Position numbers and translations under genes: made by a program
DNA from: an uncultured candidate division Zixibacteria bacterium
GTDB taxonomy: Bacteria > Zixibacteria > MSB-5A5 > UBA10806
DNA: 35,482 nucleotides
Assembly: GCA_963817915.1 (NCBI GenBank)
Contig: CAWFQL010000004.1
Span: 1-35,482 of the forward strand
Direction: 5' to 3'
The notes under the pieces: generated by a model
The model's input: only the letters and a program-made list of their open reading frames with translations
What the model was told of the DNA's origin: nothing
Database searches by the model: none
Shown: one piece after another, positions 30,896 to 35,482 of the stretch
How the letters are laid out: each line of letters opens with the position of its first letter
Numbering within the stretch: the first letter of the stretch is position 1

Positions 30896-31895
30896 TCACT
30901 CGCTAATTCTGATCTTGATAGTCGGGGTGGCGTTTTTATATGATTTCGTCAACGGCTTTCACGATGCCGCCAACGCCATCGCCACCACTATCGCCACTCA
31001 CGCGCTCTCGCCGCGTAATGCTATCCTGCTGGCGCGAACCCTAAATTTTGTCGGCGGACTGCTGCATACGGCGGTTGCGTATACGATTGGCAAGGGTGTA
31101 ATCAATAGTGATATCGTTACGCTTCCGATTTTGCTTTCGGCCTTGATGGGTGCTGTCATCTGGGGATACTTCACCTGGTATTTCGGTTTGCCATCGAGCT
31201 CAACATACGCGTTGATGGGCGGATTGATCGGTGTGGCATTATTTGCTTCTAATTTCAATACCGAAATCCTGATCATGAAAGGCATCATTAGAAATATGAT
31301 CGTCCTGGTAATCTCGCCTTTTGTCGGTATCCTGGCCGGGATGTTTCTGATAATTATATTTAACTGGGTAGCCTGGCCATTTTCGCATAGGGTGACATCG
31401 GCTATTTACAAGAAACTACAGATACTCTCGGCCTCGTTGATGGCCATCTCGCACGGTATGAACGATGCCCAGCACACAATGGGGATTATCACGATTGCTC
31501 TCCTTTCTGCGGGAGCGATTCAAACCTTTCATGTGCCGCTCTGGGTACGGTTGTCGTCGGCCTTTATGATGGGATTGGGGACATCGGTTGGCGGTTGGCG
31601 GATTATCAAGACTATGGGTCACAAGATGACTAATCTGCATGAACCAATCGACGGTTGCGCCGCAGAAACAGCGGCTGGCGCGGTGATCATGACCGCGGCC
31701 ATGGGTGGGGCGCTTGTTTCTACCACTCAAGTAATTACAGGCTCTATCGCCGGTACAGGGCTGGCCAAGGGGATCAGCAATGTCAACTGGCGGGTGCTGG
31801 GAAATGTGGTACTGGCCTGGATATTCACTCTCCCTGGTTCGGCGATATTCGGCGTGCTATCGTATATGGTAGTTATAAGGATATTCCCGAAATAG
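30888..31895 (+). CDS. Inorganic phosphate transporter (PiT family)
   Basis: NGFHDAANAIAT, GLPSSS, HGMNDAQ, GGWRIIKTMG and AWIFTLP motifs. Confidence 0.93.
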   Translation: MHDHSLILILIVGVAFLYDFVNGFHDAANAIATTIATHALSPRNAILLARTLNFVGGLLHTAVAYTIGKGVINSDIVTLPILLSALMGAVIWGYFTWYFGLPSSSTYALMGGLIGVALFASNFNTEILIMKGIIRNMIVLVISPFVGILAGMFLIIIFNWVAWPFSHRVTSAIYKKLQILSASLMAISHGMNDAQHTMGIITIALLSAGAIQTFHVPLWVRLSSAFMMGLGTSVGGWRIIKTMGHKMTNLHEPIDGCAAETAAGAVIMTAAMGGALVSTTQVITGSIAGTGLAKGISNVNWRVLGNVVLAWIFTLPGSAIFGVLSYMVVIRIFPK

Positions 31896-32112
31896 TAAAT
31901 GCTGTAAATAAATTACATTGGAAGGTCGGGCTTCTTGAGCGAGGCGCAGGTCGCGCGGGTAACCCGGCTTATAACTTCAATATACAAAATAAGGTTATAT
32001 ATCTAGCTGTGGAATAATCACAGTCTTTATAGTTGTATTAAATTTATTAAAAATATTACTTGACAATTCATGGGCAATATTATATTCGTTTAATAACGAA
32101 GGAGGTATCCTT

Positions 32113-34073
32113 TTGAAAGCGTATATAATCTTCATATTTGTTTTATTCCAGGCCTCTTTTACTTATGCCAATAAGCTCTGCGATTTTGCCCGGACAGAGG
32201 CGATGAAAGCTATATCATTGCCAATGTGGTGTTTATAGATACGACAACGCAGATGATTGTTGTGGAATTGGAATATTATTTTACCGCTGCCAATAATTCA
32301 TTTTGTGACTATACGCTTATGGCGAAGGTTGTAAGAGGCTGTACCGATGATCAATTATTTTCGGAAAACCAGCTGATTTATGGATGCGGCTACTACAGCG
32401 AAATGTTTGGCGATCTATGCACGCCACACTATGATTCTATTTGCGATACATACAGCCATATTTATTTTCATGAGTATGAAATATTTTATCCTTATGGAAA
32501 AGGTACTTTGGAATTATGGTGGGGAGAAAGAAGGCTATTATCCTACCCCTTTAATTTTACCGATCCGGGAGGTTATGGGGAGCCCACCTTCCATTACATA
32601 GATTTTAAAAACAGAGATTATTCTACAATTTATAATGGCGATCATTTCGATGCTCAAGAATCTATCGCGCTGGAAAGCGAGGTAACTTGGGAAAATGAAG
32701 TCGCCCCAGCCATACGCATTGTACTAAATGCTGATAATACTTGTCTTGAAATGGCGGTCGAAACACCATTAGCAAGTCAAAACGGGTGTACAGGTACATA
32801 TCGCGTGTTGCTTCCGCCGGGCGCATTGCTAAATATAATTGGCGATCCCGAAAGCTTATCTCCCCTTGGAACGACAATTAAGGCTGTACCGGAAGAGTAT
32901 AATTGCGAAGGAGGCGAAAGCGGGCCAAGCGATGAATTGCACGTAATAAACTATATTTTGCGGGTAGACCAAATTAGCTTTAATAATGATTTTCAGCTTT
33001 ACCGCGATTCCTCGTATTTAACCGTTCCACCGCTAATTAAAAGAATTGAGGATCCGGTTTGGAAAAGAAACGGGAATCAAAACGAACCGGTCGCATATAA
33101 AATGGGAAGCCGGTATAATTTAAGTGCAGTAATTAAAAGCACTTATCACCCATCTCACAATTTTCAATATGTTTTGCGGGGTTTTGCTACTTTTGACGGC
33201 GATATTTACTCTACAGATGAATATTTATGCAATATGGCATATTCGGACTACGACACAGTAAATGATATAGTCCCCTTGCTGGATTTCGCTCTTCCGGATG
33301 CCGTTGGAATAATGGACAGCCTTAGATTCAATTGGGCCATTGACAAGCAGGCACGTTTTAACTCACCTCAATACGAATTTATGAATTCCAGTGGGCCGCA
33401 TAAAATATTTTTAACCTATGATACTCCGCTTGTAGATACTGTCAATACGTTGGCCCTTGATAAAATTTGTAATTATGCACAGAACGAAAGCGAAATTAAG
33501 AATATCGGTCGATCAACCGTGGAGGGGGCTTTTAGCGAGGGTTGGGATTATGATCCCGGCAAAAATACTATTTATTCCGATCCCTTAGATGTAATCAGAT
33601 TGCAAACAGGTTTATGTTCTGATTATGCAAATTTGCTTACAACGTATTATAGGTCTATCGGAATAGAAAGTAATCCTGTCGTTGTTTATAATTCAATCCA
33701 AATTATCGATACAACAATTTTCTTATATTGGATTTGGGGAGACACAATTACTGATCCCATGGTATGTGTTTTAACACAAAAATTGTCTACATGTGATAAT
33801 TCAACACCTATAAGTTATCCTTTTACATATCATGCGATTTGTCGATTGGACACTTTTTTTGCTGATGCCGCATTTGGGCTATTTCAGCCTATTCAGAATT
33901 ATCCTGCTTGGTGGCTTTATTATGTTTACCCACGAAGCCCTGTAGGTCCTTATTTAGATGAAGAACCGCCCAGCATAGAACCTATTTATCGTTATATTCC
34001 AGATTTGATAAATGGAAATAATATCTTTCCGACAGCAAGACGGAGGTACTTTACGGGGCATTTTCATAATTAG
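32113..34073 (+). CDS. Secreted protein with C-terminal transglutaminase-like (Cys-His-Asp) domain (frameshift near 32180-32225)
   Basis: RBS GGAGG, TTG 32113 and signal peptide MKAYIIFIFVLFQASFTYA in another frame. GLCSDYANLL...RSIGI...YHA...FADAAFG. Confidence 0.75.
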
Positions 34074-34083
34074 TGGAGGCTAT

Positions 34084-34806
34084 ATGAAAATAGATAGTAA
34101 GCTTGCAGTATGCCTTATTTTAATGTCGTTTTTGGTCGCGCGTTCCGAGTTTATTCCTAATCAAGAGCCCTATAATATCAATACACCTGAGGCACAATTA
34201 AAAATAAATATTGTTCCACAGCTTAGTACGCCTATTCCTTCGTGGATAAGACAATCGCTTTATGATAAAGTGGCTGGCGATTATTACCGTTCGCCTTTTA
34301 ATGCCCCCAGGAGTGCAATAAATAGTAACGAAAAAGAATTTATTTGGAACTTGCTTTTGAGCAATATTAAAACTGCCTATTATGATAGCGTATTAATAGA
34401 CAATATTGGTATTTATGAGTACAAATTAAGGAACGAAGAATATCCTCGAAGGGATTTTTTCCTCAGATACTCCGAGGCTGACACAATATATGTAATTTCC
34501 GGTTGGTCGGATAAATTTATATCATTTTATCGGGCCGTACCCGGTATTCACAAATACGATCTCAAGGATTTGAATAAGAAATTAATGGAGTTATCGAAAA
34601 TCGATATTGCTATTCCCAAGAATATATTTGAAAATTGCATAAAAAGCAATCCCTACTTCATCGAATATGTAGACCGGGACCGGATGCTGAGGGTTCGGTG
34701 CTATCAGATTTCCGAACAGCGGAAGGGACAGGATAACCCGCTAATTACCGACCCCTACACCCTCATCGAAATCACCCGCTTCCTCGATAAGGAGATGGTG
34801 CCATGA
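34084..34806 (+). CDS. Secreted hypothetical protein
   Basis: RBS GGAGG, ATG 34084, signal-like N-terminus; stop overlaps the next start (ATGA). Confidence 0.7.
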   Translation: MKIDSKLAVCLILMSFLVARSEFIPNQEPYNINTPEAQLKINIVPQLSTPIPSWIRQSLYDKVAGDYYRSPFNAPRSAINSNEKEFIWNLLLSNIKTAYYDSVLIDNIGIYEYKLRNEEYPRRDFFLRYSEADTIYVISGWSDKFISFYRAVPGIHKYDLKDLNKKLMELSKIDIAIPKNIFENCIKSNPYFIEYVDRDRMLRVRCYQISEQRKGQDNPLITDPYTLIEITRFLDKEMVP

Positions 34807-35482
34807 ACTGGCGAATGTTGATTTTTATCCTAATCTTATCGGTTGCAGCCCTGGCCGAAAGATTTGAATATATTTCCAATGTTGATCGTGAAATTCCCGA
34901 TAACGATTCGACCGGCCTTAGGGATACCATATTTGTAGACCAGCATATTCAAATCGAGGATATCAATTTTTATATGGGAATCGGCTCTGAAACTACCGGA
35001 TGGGCAGATGAAATTTCCATCTATGTCAAATCGCCCTGGAACCATACTGTTGGCTTGAATAGCTACGGCGGCGTGCATTTCAACTGGTACAATTTTTGGT
35101 ACGATACCAATAGAGAAGAAGACGGGCCTGGTAGTCTCGATGACTATGTCGGCCTCGATGCTTATGGTCCATGGGAACTTTATTGCTATGATATCTTCGA
35201 GCGTTGGACTCTTCACTGGTACAACTGGCATATCGAGGTAATCGGGAATCCGCTTTCAATCGCGGAGGAGGATAGCGGGCCAATTCCAAGGGAGTTCGCC
35301 TTCAATCGTGCTTACCCCAACCCCTTCAACAGCGAAATCATGTTTAGCTTTGCCTTACCGGAAGCGGCTGAGGTCAAATTCTGGATTTATGATATTCTTG
35401 GGCGTCAAGTGCGGATTATCCCTTGTGGCACTCTCGCCACCGGTTATCACAGCATCACCTGGGATAGCGCAAACGATGCCGG
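34803..35482 (+). CDS. Secreted proprotein-convertase P-domain-like protein with YPNPFN C-terminal domain (runs off the window end)
   Basis: Own translation: MNWRMLIFILILSVAALA..EIPDNDSTG..IEDIN..GSLDDYVGLDAYGPWELYCYD..AYPNPFNS..IYDILGRQV. Absent from the ORF track because it has no stop in the window. Confidence 0.85.
   Translation, partial: MNWRMLIFILILSVAALAERFEYISNVDREIPDNDSTGLRDTIFVDQHIQIEDINFYMGIGSETTGWADEISIYVKSPWNHTVGLNSYGGVHFNWYNFWYDTNREEDGPGSLDDYVGLDAYGPWELYCYDIFERWTLHWYNWHIEVIGNPLSIAEEDSGPIPREFAFNRAYPNPFNSEIMFSFALPEAAEVKFWIYDILGRQVRIIPCGTLATGYHSITWDSANDA

Noticed and set aside
1..35482. tRNA, rRNA, tmRNA or RNase P RNA genes
   Set aside because: No hallmark sequences recognised by eye; a covariance-model scan is needed to exclude them fully.

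Overview
A 35.5 kb bacterial chromosomal segment. The many signal-peptide proteins ending in paired dockerin-like repeats or a YPNPFN-type C-terminal domain suggest the FCB group, most like candidate division Zixibacteria (inference). Left part (1-11.9 kb): accessory secreted-protein genes, a locus with a 100-aa ORF and two paralogous radical SAM/SPASM genes (the second lacks CxxxCxxC and GGE but keeps the SPASM cysteines), and a REP-associated tyrosine transposase flanked by perfect 26-bp inverted REPs. Middle (12-24.6 kb): housekeeping genes (gcvT, comB-like, M32 carboxypeptidase, metallophosphoesterase) and the origin-associated block mnmG-rsmG-parA-parB-M23-bactofilin, with two parS sites and a DnaA-box cluster between mnmG and rsmG. 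Right part: a large dockerin protein, an M20D-HAD-DUF47-PiT operon behind a perfect sigma70 promoter, and a secreted transglutaminase-like locus. Many genes are broken by 1-nt frameshifts, probably long-read indel errors; I reconstructed their coordinates across frames by hand. Best candidates for undescribed systems: the small-ORF + active + dead rSAM/SPASM locus, and the fibre protein + dockerin adaptor gene pair.
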